Below are positions 24,282-44,185 of a DNA stretch of 64,000 nt, piece after piece. How positions within the stretch are numbered: the first letter of the stretch is position 1; every line of letters begins with the position of its first letter. The DNA comes from Macrostomum lignano. Lineage: Eukaryota. The notes below the pieces were generated by a model, which searched no databases, was not told the origin of the DNA, and saw nothing but the letters and a program-made list of their open reading frames with translations. Made by a program: the position numbers and the translations under genes. Location of the stretch: positions 124,001 through 188,000 of the forward strand of contig NIVC01000006.1 in assembly GCA_002269645.1 (NCBI GenBank), in the 5' to 3' direction.

Positions 24282-25109
24282 TGTCACGTTATTGGCGTAG
24301 CGGCCAGCTATGCGGTGACCCTTAAAAGGGCCGTTTTAGTCCCAAAATAAGTTGAAGTCAATTCTTGTAAAGCGGATTTTGTAGCGGAGCACTTGGCGAT
24401 AAAGGCAGGAACTGCCGTAGTTGTCTTTATTGTTAATATCAGTATTAAGTTTGGTTGTTACTGGCAATAAACAGACTATAGCTTTCTGGGCACTGGCGGC
24501 TGCAGCAATGGGTTGAATATAATTTGGATATGAAGTCAAGTGGCAGGCGAATGACACAATGGCGACGTGACGTGAGCAGTGGCTATGAGCACCGTGAAGG
24601 CAGTGAAACGTAGTGGTGAGTAGGCGTCGGTCGTGGCGTGAAACAGTCAAGTAAGTGTGTGAGCAGGCTGGCCCAGACAGAAGGGCCGCGGTGAGAAATA
24701 AGGAGGCTCGAGGCAGCCAGACAAACAGATAAGACAGCTAAGAGGCCGCAGGGAAGGAAACAAGGAACAGGCGGGGAGAGACGAAAAAGCGTGAGGGGTG
24801 CCCGCCGCCAGGCGGGGGGTTTAATAAAAGAGCGCAGAGGGGGGTAGCGCGAGCACGAGTGATTTCATTGGCTGGCGAGAGAACTTAAAATTATCGATCG
24901 TGCCAATTTTATACGGTTGCGAGAGAGGATAGCAAAATATACAATGAATTATAAATTGCCACAAAATCGTTGGGCACTACTACAAGTAAACGTCGCAATA
25001 ACCGAATGGAAAAGTTTAGTTGAAACGGTGAAACTGAAGGGTTGAATGACTATGGAGAACAGCAGTCCAACGGCCCTTTTCGGGACCACCTTAAACTGAC
25101 AACGTCACA
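24282..25109 (-). repeat. 5' LTR
   Basis: Near-identical to 12680-13506 and adjacent to the PBS. Confidence 0.97.
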
Positions 25110-26016
25110 AATGCGTCAGTGAATAGCACTTGTAATTCTAATTAACTTCTTTGAAGTTTTAAAAAAGTAAACCTCTAACCGTAAGACTTCGTAAATTAAG
25201 ACGCTGTAAAACAAAACCTTTTTACTCGTGTTTTACTTTTATCGACAGATCAATACCGTTTTTAGAAAGATGAAAGAATTATTAAAAAAATAAATTAGTT
25301 TAAGAAAAGTTTAATTTAAAGCAAATAGTTTTGCTTTACTGAAAAGTTACAATTCGGAAGTTTTCACTACATTTTATAACAATCAAAACAGAGCTTTCTG
25401 CAAAAGCATTGATCTGTTGTCAGTTTTGCTTGTTTTTTGCTCTACTAATAGACTCAGAAATCTGCCATCTTGAAGTTGTATAGGTAATTGATACAAAACC
25501 AAAATAAAAAATTAAAATTATATAAATTTCCTGGGTAAATTTTCAAACATCGCTACTTTTTTAGTTTTAAATTTTGGTGAAATCGATCCATGACTTTTCT
25601 GTTGTGTAACAAAAAATTCAAAGTTTGTCTTTATACTGTGATGTACCATAATCGAGTTGTATAGGAGAATTCTGCAACCACTTCTAGTTGTTTTTTAATG
25701 GTGCTTTTTATTGACAACTTGAGCGAGATCAGAATATTAAGACTAATAACTATTAAATATAGTGCTTTAAATAATTTTATTGAGTTAAAAATTCAGATAT
25801 TTTTACTAGTGTTTTATATACGTTGACTTATATACTAGTGCTTAGCTTAATTTATATGTAGATTTCTGTAAAAGACGTAGTATAAACATTGAAACTTTCT
25901 AACAATAAACAAAGACGTTTTGGACTTTTCCTGAAAAAATAAATTATTCTTTTAAGAGACCTTTATCAAGCAAACCTACTGCTGAATCGAGAGATTGTTG
26001 ATAAAAATCTCCGAGA

Positions 26017-34855
<8,839 letters not shown>

Positions 34856-35847
34856 CCGACTTTGACCCGCTTTGACCCACCTGACTAGCCGGAAAACTCC
34901 CCCTTTGACATTGTTGCTGTTGTATCCTCCGACCTATTTGTACTTTGGCTTCATGGATGCCTGCTCTGAATTTTATGCACTAAAGCATATGCGATCGAAT
35001 GGAGCAGATGACTCACTGACATATTGACCCACCTACCCATTAATTAACTCATTGACCTGCTGACCTATTGACCCGCCGACCAATCATTCCAATGACCCAT
35101 TGACTCTCCTGCCAGTTAACTCATTGACCCATTGACCCACCGAACAATCGTTTCAATGACCTAGGACCCATTGGCCCACCTACCAATTAGCCCAATGACC
35201 CATTGACCCATTTACCCACCTGCCAGTTAACTCAATAAACCATTGACCCACTTGCCCGTTAACTCGATGACCTATGACCCATTGACCCACCTACCAATCA
35301 GCCCAATGACCCGTTGACCCATTTACCTACCTGCTAATAAACTCAATGACCCACTGACAAACCTACCAATTAACTCAATGACCCATGAAGATTCACAGAC
35401 GATATGACCTACACTAAAGTTACCTAAACTTTTCAACTCAGTTTAATGTCTTTTATCACACACTTATATAGAATCTTTTTTAAATTCGAATTTTGTTTAG
35501 CCAAATGTTATCTAACCTATATTCATTAACTACGAGTACTTATTATTTCATTCATTATCTATCTAGCTAATGGTTACATGTAGGGTGTAATATCCGTCCT
35601 CACTTAGTATTATCTATATGTGTATTAACATTTTAAAGAGGGCTGGACCTTTGTTGTAGAAGTTTCTAGCCACAACAGCACAAATCATTCTGATGAAATA
35701 AACTTTCAATTCTTCATCAAGGTCAATTACCAAATTGTACTGACTTAGCAACTTGTACAATCTGTATAATTACGTGTTGCACAGTGAGCGGGTGCGCTGT
35801 TGTTTTTTATGAAAACAAATTGCTTTGCGAAATTATAAGCTGGCTAT

Positions 35848-37415
35848 GGAGAGGGAGCGGAGAGTGTGCATAGAGGGAGCGGAGAGTGTGCATAGAGGGA
35901 GCGGAGAGTGTGCATAGAAGGAGCGGAGAGTGTGCATAGAGGGAGCGGAGAGTGTGCATAGAGGGAGCGGAGAGTGTGCATAGAGGGAGCGGAGAGTGTG
36001 CATAGAGGGAGCGGAGAGTGTGCATAGAGGGAGCGGAGAGTGTGCATAGAGGGAGCGGAGAGTGTGCATAGAAGGAGCGGAGAGTGTGCATAGAGGGAGC
36101 GGAGAGTGTACATAGAGGGAGCGGAGAGTGTGCATAGAGGGAGCGGAGAGTGTGCATAGAGGGAGCGGAGAGTGTGCATAGAGGGAGCGGAGAGTGTGCA
36201 TAGAGGGAGCGGAGAGTGTGCATAGAGGGAGCGGAGAGTGTGCATAGAGGGAGCGGAGAGTGTGCATAGAGGGAGCGGAGAGTGTGCATAGAGGGAGCGG
36301 AGAGTGTGCATAGAGGGAGCGGAGAGTGTGCATAGAGGGAGCGGAGAGTGTGCATAGAGGGAGCGGAGAGTGTGCATAGAGGGAGCGGAGAGTGTGCATA
36401 GAGGGAGCGGAGAGTGTGCATAGAGGGAGCGGAGAGTGTGCATAGAGGGAGCGGAGAGTGTGCATAGAGGGAGCGGAGAGTGTGCATAGAGGGAGCGGAG
36501 AGTGTGCATAGAGGGAGCGGAGAGTGTGCATAGAGGGAGCGGAGAGTGTGCATAGAGGGAGCGGAGAGTGTGCATAGAGGGAGCGGAGAGTGTGCATAGA
36601 GGGAGCGGAGAGTGTGCATAGAGGGAGCGGAGAGTGTGCATAGAGGGAGCGGAGAGTGTGCATAGAGGGAGCGGAGAGTGTGCATAGAGGGAGCGGAGAG
36701 TGTGCATAGAGGGAGCGGAGAGTGTGCATAGAGGGAGCGGAGAGTGTGCATAGAGGGAGCGGAGAGTGTGCATAGAGGGAGCGGAGAGTGTGCATAGAGG
36801 GAGCGGAGAGTGTGCATAGAGGGAGCGGAGAGTGTGCATAGAGGGAGCGGAGAGTGTGCATAGAGGGAGCGGAGAGTGTGCATAGAGGGAGCGGAGAGTG
36901 TGCATAGAGGGAGCGGAGAGTGTGCATAGAGGGAGCGGAGAGTGTGCATAGAGGGAGCGGAGAGTGTGCATAGAGGGAGCGGAGAGTGTGCATAGAGGGA
37001 GCGGAGAGTGTGCATAGAGGGAGCGGAGAGTGTGCATAGAGGGAGCGGAGAGTGTGCATAGAGGGAGCGGAGAGTGTGCATAGAGGGAGCGGAGAGTGTG
37101 CATAGAGGGAGCGGAGAGTGTGCATAGAGGGAGCGGAGAGTGTGCATAGAGGGAGCGGAGAGTGTGCATAGAGGGAGCGGAGAGTGTGCATAGAAGGAGC
37201 GGAGAGTGTGCATAGAGGGAGCGGAGAGTGTACATAGAGGGAGCGGAGAGGGAGCGGAGAGGGAGCGGAGAGGGAGCGGAGAGGGAGCGGAGAGGGAGCG
37301 GAGAGGGAGCGGAGAGGGAGCGGAGAGGGAGTGGAGAGGGAGCGGAAAGGGAGCGGAGAGGGAGCGGAGAAGAAGCGGAGAGGGAGCGGAGAGGGAGCGG
37401 AGAGGGAGCGGAGAG
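35848..37415. repeat. 22-bp satellite (gagggagcggagagtgtgcata, ~63 copies) followed by an 11-bp sub-unit array (gagggagcgga)
   Basis: Directly visible; explains three stop-free minus-strand ORFs of more than 500 aa. Confidence 0.98.
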
Positions 37416-37896
37416 GGGATGTGTTTCTCGCAATAACTAAGGCACAAAAAGGCCAAATGGCCACAAAGTTGGTGAGAATTCCACCTGGAATTCATGGCCC
37501 CGCGGTGCGCGTGTATTGCTTCTAACCAAAGTCATGCTTTCTTAACTTGTCATTCTCGACAAGGAAAGGACTAAAAGCCCTAGTAGTTGAGAGGCGCTGG
37601 GTCTGCAAGGCAGACTTGAGCTGGCTGAAATTAAATTTCCGATAGGCGTAACAAAATGTAAAACTGAAAAAGCAAAAAGCGGCCGCATGCGTGTAAGACG
37701 CAGCGAGTTGAGTTGAGTTTGAGTCGCTATTCGTCTGCCCTATGGCTTTATAACTGCTAAACTGCTTCTACGAAAAAAGCAGAAGATTCGGCTTTCGGAG
37801 CATGTTCAATGATTTAAAGACCACTGGACTGGATTGCTTTGACGATAGGACAAAAGCAATTTTACCGAAGCCGAAGCGCTATTCAAAAGCAATTGT

Positions 37897-39840
37897 CTAG
37901 CTGGACGGCTTGACCTTGACCAGGCCGTAGTCCAGCACATCCTCGATGTCGTAGTCGTCCGACACGCACCGCGGCTGCTGCTGCTGCTGCTGCTGCGGAC
38001 GTTGAGTTGAAGAGGCGGAGCGCTTTCTGTTGCTCCGGTTGCTGCAGTTAAACTGCTGTCCTGGCGGACGGGCCACCTTCTGACTGCAGTGACCATCGTC
38101 AGCTCCAAAGTCCTCGGCGTACCACAGGTCCCAGTCCCAGTGCCAGTTGCGCCCGTCCTCAGCGTAGATCAGCATGTGGTGCTTGGCTGCTTTCCGTTCC
38201 TCCTGCTTGCGTTGGATGTCCTTGTCGTTGGCGAAGCAGCTGCCTTTGGCGGTGAAGTCGCAGTCGTACGGAAACAGCAACAGTTTGCGCAGGGTCTTGT
38301 ACCGCTTGAACAGGTCGCTCTCTTCGTCCTTGATGTCGGCGTTCATTCTGGTATAGGACACCTTGTAGAAGTCCTGGCGCATCTTCTTCACATGCTCGTA
38401 GATGTCCATGATGATGCGGGCGATATCGGGGACCTCAGCCTTGTGGTAGGCCTCGATCTTGTCCACAACCTTCTGGATGATGTTCTTGTCCCAGTAGTTG
38501 TCGTCGCCCCAGAACTGCTTCTTTGTGTGCGACACCAGCACCAGCAGCTTCTCCTCGCGGGCGCCGCCCTCCTTCTCGTTTTTGCCGAGCTGGCAAGAGA
38601 GCTCCTCGTCGCTCCAGGGAATGAAGTCGGTCAGCAGCACTATGAGGATGTAGAACCAGGACTCGATATCCATCATGTAGTTGGCCGGCTCCAGGTTCAG
38701 CACGCCCACGGACATGTAACGCCTGCTGCCCATGGTGATGTCCGGCTTGTTCTCCGAGCAGATCCTTGACAGGCCGTAGTCCAACAGGTAGACAGTGTTG
38801 GTCATCTTGCCGATACCGAGACACAGGTTGTCCGGTTTCAAGTCCAGGTGAATCATGTTCTTCCGGTGCATGACTAGCAGGCGGCAGAGGAACTGGTCCA
38901 TGAGCTTCAGAGTGGTCTGCACGCTGAAAAACATTCGATTGTCGTGAGAATGGTTCTCGGCAAAGAACTCCTTCCAGTCGTCCAGGTTAGGCCCGAGCAG
39001 CTCCATGGTGAAGTAAGTCTTGTCCGTGATGTCTTCCTCGCGTAGGCCGAAGATGTTGTGCTTCTCCAGGTAAGTCTCGCGGAAGCTGCTCTGCACACCG
39101 TACGGGTCGTACACGATCACCTTGTTGAGATCCTTGGTGATCCTGCGACCGCCAATGTAGTCAAAGTCGATGGGCAGCGGGAAGCCGACCATGGAGTAGC
39201 GGCTGTCTGGATTGCTGAACAACTCCTGCAGCAGGAAGAACTCGCGCACCAGGTTGATCTTGCCGATCGAATTGTTCTCAATGTCGAACGGAGTCAGCGG
39301 CTCGAACTTGATGGCGACAAGGTCCAGACAGCGCTCGTCTCTGTACGCGTCCAGCAGGGCAGTCTTGGATCGTTTCGTGGTTTTCCGCATCTTCTGCAGA
39401 TACTTGACGTACTCGTCCGAGTACTTGGGGTTCTGCGCCGAACCCGTCGCCTGCGTCACTAAGCGGAACACGGAGCCGAAAGCGCCGGCGCCGATTAGGA
39501 AAAGCGACTGCAAGACGTACTTCTGCTTGAACTTGACGTCGGAGTAGACCGCCTGCAGAATCTCGTCCACGATCTCCTCCTGGGTGAGGCCGGTCTCGCC
39601 AACGTTGTGCAGCGCCATCAGGTTGCAGCCCTCGTAGTTAGGGTCTCCGGCCGCCAGTAAGGTGCTGATGTCGCGAATGCCGCGTCGGATAAAGTACAAT
39701 CGGTCCAGTCGAATGTTACCCTGCGAGGAGCGGCTGCGCACCTGCCTTTCGCCGAAGCCATGCTGCTGCTGTTGATGCTGCTGCTGCTGATGCTGCTGCT
39801 GCTGCGCGCTGCTAACAGTTGATCCGGATAGTTCAGGCAT
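37897..39840 (-). CDS. Divergent casein kinase 1-like Ser/Thr kinase A (647 aa, intronless)
   Basis: GAGAFG loop, VAIKFE, MELLGPNL, HLDLKPDN, VYLLDYGLS, MGSRRYMS, DIESWFY...IPW, all following the CK1-family pattern. Confidence 0.9.
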   Translation of the reverse strand: MPELSGSTVSSAQQQQHQQQQHQQQQHGFGERQVRSRSSQGNIRLDRLYFIRRGIRDISTLLAAGDPNYEGCNLMALHNVGETGLTQEEIVDEILQAVYSDVKFKQKYVLQSLFLIGAGAFGSVFRLVTQATGSAQNPKYSDEYVKYLQKMRKTTKRSKTALLDAYRDERCLDLVAIKFEPLTPFDIENNSIGKINLVREFFLLQELFSNPDSRYSMVGFPLPIDFDYIGGRRITKDLNKVIVYDPYGVQSSFRETYLEKHNIFGLREEDITDKTYFTMELLGPNLDDWKEFFAENHSHDNRMFFSVQTTLKLMDQFLCRLLVMHRKNMIHLDLKPDNLCLGIGKMTNTVYLLDYGLSRICSENKPDITMGSRRYMSVGVLNLEPANYMMDIESWFYILIVLLTDFIPWSDEELSCQLGKNEKEGGAREEKLLVLVSHTKKQFWGDDNYWDKNIIQKVVDKIEAYHKAEVPDIARIIMDIYEHVKKMRQDFYKVSYTRMNADIKDEESDLFKRYKTLRKLLLFPYDCDFTAKGSCFANDKDIQRKQEERKAAKHHMLIYAEDGRNWHWDWDLWYAEDFGADDGHCSQKVARPPGQQFNCSNRSNRKRSASSTQRPQQQQQQQPRCVSDDYDIEDVLDYGLVKVKPSS

Positions 39841-40114
39841 GGCCTCTTGTAGCGAGTCTGTCCTCTGAATAAAAATGACATCTAATTTTTATTCGCAAGT
39901 TCTCCACCCGCTTCGCCTTCTAGACTAGCCTGTAAGGCTGGCCATAGACGTTACTTGCGAATCTTCAAGTCCAGAGCGTTGGTTTATAAGAGGACCGACC
40001 AAGAGGACTGCCGCAAATGTAAAAACATATCATAGATGAAAAGCTAAGAAACGAAAGGGTTTCGATAATAGGATGTCAAGATGATTCACGGTACTGCATA
40101 AGCAGCTAAAAAGT

Positions 40115-41057
40115 CAGTGACGTACGCAAGGGGCAGGGGGCAGGGGCCGCTTCTCCCGAAATTGACTCCATGAAATTGTCCCATTAAAAAACCGAAAGAG
40201 CCAATCAAGTTCGAAGAATGACAGGAGCTCAACTTTTGCCAGCTTTTGGACGTGGTTTTCACAGCCCTAAGAGGCAAGGGCGCCCACCAAGAGACAGGGG
40301 CACCCACCAAGAGACAGGGGCGCCCACCAAGAGACAGGGGCACCCACCAAGAGACAAGAGCGCCCAACAAGAGACAGGGGCGCCCATCAAGAGACAGGGG
40401 CGCCCACCAAGAGACAGGGGCGCCCACCAAGAGACAGGGGCGCCCACCAAGAGACAGGGGCGCCCACCAAGAGACAGGGGCACCCACCAAGAGACAGGGG
40501 CAACCACCAAGAGACAGGGGCGCCCACCAAGAGACAGGGGCACCCACCAAGAGACAGGGGCACCCACCAAGAGACAAGAGCGCCCAACAAGAGACAGGGG
40601 CACCCACCAAGAGACAGGGGCACCCACCAAGAGACAAGAGCGCCCAACAAGAGACAGGGGCACCCACCAAGAGACAAGAGCGCCCAACAAGAGACAGGGG
40701 CACCCACCAAGAGACAGGGGCACCCACCAAGAGACAGGGGCACCCACCAAGAGACAGGGGCACCCACCAAGAGACAAGAGCGCCCACCAAGAGACAGGGG
40801 CACCCACCAAGAGACAAGAGCGCCCACCAAGAGACAGGGGCACCCACCAAGAGACAGGGGCACCCACCAAGAGACAAGAGCGCCCACCAAGAGACAGGGG
40901 CACCCACCAAGAGACAAGAGCGCCCAACAAGAGACAGGAGCGCCCAACAAGAGACAGGAGCGCCCACCAAGAGACAGGGGCGCCCACCAAGAGACAAGAG
41001 CGCCCAACAAGAGACAGGAGTGCCCACCAAAGGTTAAAACTTTTACGTACGTCACTG
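40115..41057. mobile_element. MITE-like element with 12-bp TIRs enclosing a 20-bp minisatellite
   Basis: CAGTGACGTACG ... CGTACGTCACTG; internal array gggcgcccaccaagagacag (~38 copies, 40278-41031); no clean TSD. Confidence 0.7.
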
Positions 41058-41373
41058 CTAGAGAAGGCTTTTTTCAGAGAAATTTTGTCCTTGCCCTCTG
41101 AATGCCATTGGTAAATTGTACAAAAATTAAAGCATTGAAATTTTTCGATTAAGCAAGACCTTTTAGCTACGCAATGAAAAGTTATCATTGAGTCTTGTAT
41201 ACTTGTATATTTTCTTTTATAAACCTACTGGCTTTAACCTACAGACCTACAGACCAGCTTTTCTAGCAATGTACAACTGTCGCTTTCAAAAATCTACAGT
41301 AAATAAACCTCAATACAAAAGAAAATTTTTTGCTAGCTTTAAAAACGAAAGTTCAATGAAAGCAGGTCTGGTT

Positions 41374-43682
41374 TCAAGCTACCAGAACGCTGCTTGGTTC
41401 AGCCTGCAAGTGCATGGCGTCCTGAGAACCGTCCGTTTTAGTCCTGGCATCCGCCGAATCCAAGCGCCCCATCACGCGAGCCAAGTAATGCTTCATCCAG
41501 CTGGGAATGCCGCTCGATTGCGGTGGCGCAGAATCCTCTGTTGCATCATCATCGTCTGTGTCTGCAGCTTCGTCATTGTCGTCAAGGCGCTCGTCGGAGC
41601 CTCCTCCAGCGTGTTGGTTGGCATTTTGTACGGTGAAGATCGATTTTCGTGATAATCGTGGAGCTCTCAGAGCTTCTCTGGCATTGCCGGCCTGGAGGTC
41701 AAGGTGCTCCTCCGCAAACCATTCGTCCCAGTCCCAGTGCCAGTTGCGGCCGTTCTCAGCAAAGATGAGCTGCTGGTAGCGGCTGCTGCGCTTCTCCTGC
41801 TTTCTGAACAGGTCTTTGTCCTTGGCAAAGCAGCTGTCGCGCTGCGAGAAGTCGCAATCGTAGGGATAGAGCAACAGCTTGCGCAAGGTGTGGTACCTAT
41901 AGGTTAGCAACAAAAGTGTGTCAAAATAACGGCTTGATGTTTCTAGGCCTAATAGTAGAGCTAGTATGTGCTGTGAATCTATGCGGTGACGCCCATAGGA
42001 GCAGAGCAACTCGGCGGTAAACGCGTTTGACTCTTGCGCCACGACCCCTGGTTCGATTCCGTGAGCGGCAACATTCCTTTGGGGCTTTTGGGCACAAAAA
42101 TTGTCGGGACGATGTCGCCCAGGGTTGCCTACAGCCCTCCTGCGAATACTTACTTTTTCTAAACTGCTTCATACCTTTTAAACAAGTCGCTCTCCTCATT
42201 GCGAATGTCCGCGTGCATCCGAGCCGAGGAGACGGGATAAAAATCCCGCCGCATCCGCCTGATGTGCGTGTAGATGTCACTGAGAATGACCCCGATGTCC
42301 GGCACGGCGGCTCTGTGATAGGACTCGGCCATCTCAATCACCCTCTGCAGCAACTTCTTGTCCTGTACACATTCGTCGCCCCAAAATTGTTTCTTGAGCT
42401 GAGCAGTCTGGAAGATGAGTTCGTCGCAGTTGGTCTGCTGTGAAATGCCATTAGCTTTGGCCAGCATTTCGTCACTCCAAGGCACATAGTCGGTGAGCAG
42501 CACTATGAGAACGTAAAACCAGGACTCGATGTCCATCATGAAGTTTGCCGGCCACAAGTTCAGCACTCCTACGGACATGTAGCGCCTGCTGCCCATGGTT
42601 ATCGTGGGCTTCTCGTCCGAGCAGAACCTTGACAAGCCGTAGTCCAACAGGTAGACAGTGTTGGTCATCTTGCCAATGCCCATGCACAGATTGTCAGGCT
42701 TCAGGTCCAGGTGAACAATGTTCTTCTGGTGCATGATGATCAGGCGGCAGAGGAACTGGTCCATGAGCTTCAGAGTGGTCTGCACGCTGAACACCAATTT
42801 GTTGTTTCTTCCGTGGCTGGCAGAGAAGAACACCTTCCACTCGTCCAAGTTGGGGCCAAGCAGTTCCATGGTCATGTAGGACAGATCGGTCACATCTCCC
42901 GGTGAGAGGTTCAAGATGGTGCTGGTACCCATCAGAGCCTCGTGGTAGTTGTTCGGCCTGCCGTAAGTGTCGAAGATGAGAACCTTCTTGAGGTTCTTGG
43001 CGACTCGCTTGTTGCCAAGAAAGCCAAACTCGATTGGCATTGGAAAGCCGACCAGGGCATTCGTGCTGCAGCTGTTCCTGAACAGTTCAGTCAGGATGCA
43101 GAACTCCTTGACAAGTTGGATTTGATTTGCAGCCATGAAGCTGACGTTGTTTAGAGACAGAGCCTCGACCTTCATAGCGACGAGATCCAGACACAGACTG
43201 TCCCGGTACGCATCTAGCAGGACGGACTTCTTCCTGCTCTTGGTACGCCGCATCGTCTGCAGAAATCTCACGTATTGCTCGTCGTAGAGCGGATTTTCCA
43301 ACTTGCCAGACGCGTTGCTCACAATGCGAAACACGCAGCCGTAGGAGCCCGAGCCAATCAGGAACAGCGACGAGTAATTATACTTGCGATTGAACTCCTT
43401 GTCCTCGTAGATGGTGCGCAAAATGGTGTCGAGCTGCTCCGACTCGAGATTTTCGAGCGCGTTGTGCGTCGCCGAGCATGACATCGACGCCAACTGCAGT
43501 TCGGCTGGCGACCTGCGGCGCCTCTGTCCCACGTGAATCGCCGCAGCTTCCGGTTGCTGCATGGCGGCAAACAGTTCCGGCTCGGTTGTCAGGCCCACTC
43601 TGCCGGTGTCGCTGGGCCGACTGACGTCCTCGAGGACGAAGATTCTCACGGCCGAGTTGTTGCTGTTGGCGCTGGCTTGCAT
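41374..43682 (-). CDS. Divergent CK1-like kinase B; exons 42175-43682 and 41374-41896
   Basis: Paralog of kinase A with the same HLDLKPDN, DYG and MGSRRYMS motifs. The intron 41897-42174 (AG|gtatga ... ctaacctatag|GTAC) restores LFKR-YHTLRKLLLYPYDCDF, colinear with A. Confidence 0.9.
42001..42075 (+). mobile_element. tRNA-derived SINE-like head inside the kinase B intron
   Basis: B-box GGTTCGATTCC (42050-42060) preceded by a D-loop-like GGCGGTAAACGCG; no intact cloverleaf. Confidence 0.5.
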
Positions 43683-44185
43683 GACTGCGGTTGAAAGCTC
43701 AAGGTAGACGAGTTTCAACGTAAGATTTCGAGCTTTTAATTAGTTTGTTTCTCCAATTTATCACGGGACATCATATTCAGAGTCACACTATTCATCTCAA
43801 CTCAAGTGTTAGTTCTGACCACAGATACTCGTAGCCTCCCTCTGCCAATGAAAGGCACTTTTAAGCGGAACTTGAACGCTTTAGGCTCAGCTGAGCGATT
43901 CTGAGTTTTATTCTCAAGTTTTAATTTTAGCCAGCGGTGTTCATTTGGTTACAAAACTTGATTATAGCAAATTTCTAATAGTTGTATGGGTCTGCTCGCA
44001 GTAAGCTATGAATCTGCTACAGATTACCGAAGGCAAAATACAGTTTCAACGTCCACGGAGATCTCCGATAATAGGTTCAGAGGAAAATAAAAGGGTAAAA
44101 TAGTAAAGCTGTCAAGGAAAAATAGGTTTCTACGGAACTTTGGTTCGTATAAACTCGATTTTGTCAGTCCCGTTCTGCCGTTCAA

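Larger units (their letters stand above)
12680..25109 (-). mobile_element. Full-length Ty3/gypsy LTR retrotransposon (12.4 kb including a nested insertion)
   Basis: Two ~827-bp LTRs bounded by TGT...ACA; 4-bp TSD AATG (12676-12679, 25110-25113); PBS and PPT present; gag then PR-RT-RH-INT order. Confidence 0.97.

Noticed and set aside
35807-37495. Three overlapping 529-562-aa ORFs
   Set aside because: Translation of a stop-free 22-bp satellite in all three frames.
38089-38769. Long antisense ORFs over the kinase, slo and pumilio exons
   Set aside because: Expected shadows of GC-rich, codon-biased coding sequence; no independent motifs.
40086-41188. Multiple 220-314-aa ORFs on both strands
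   Set aside because: Artefacts of the 20-bp minisatellite.
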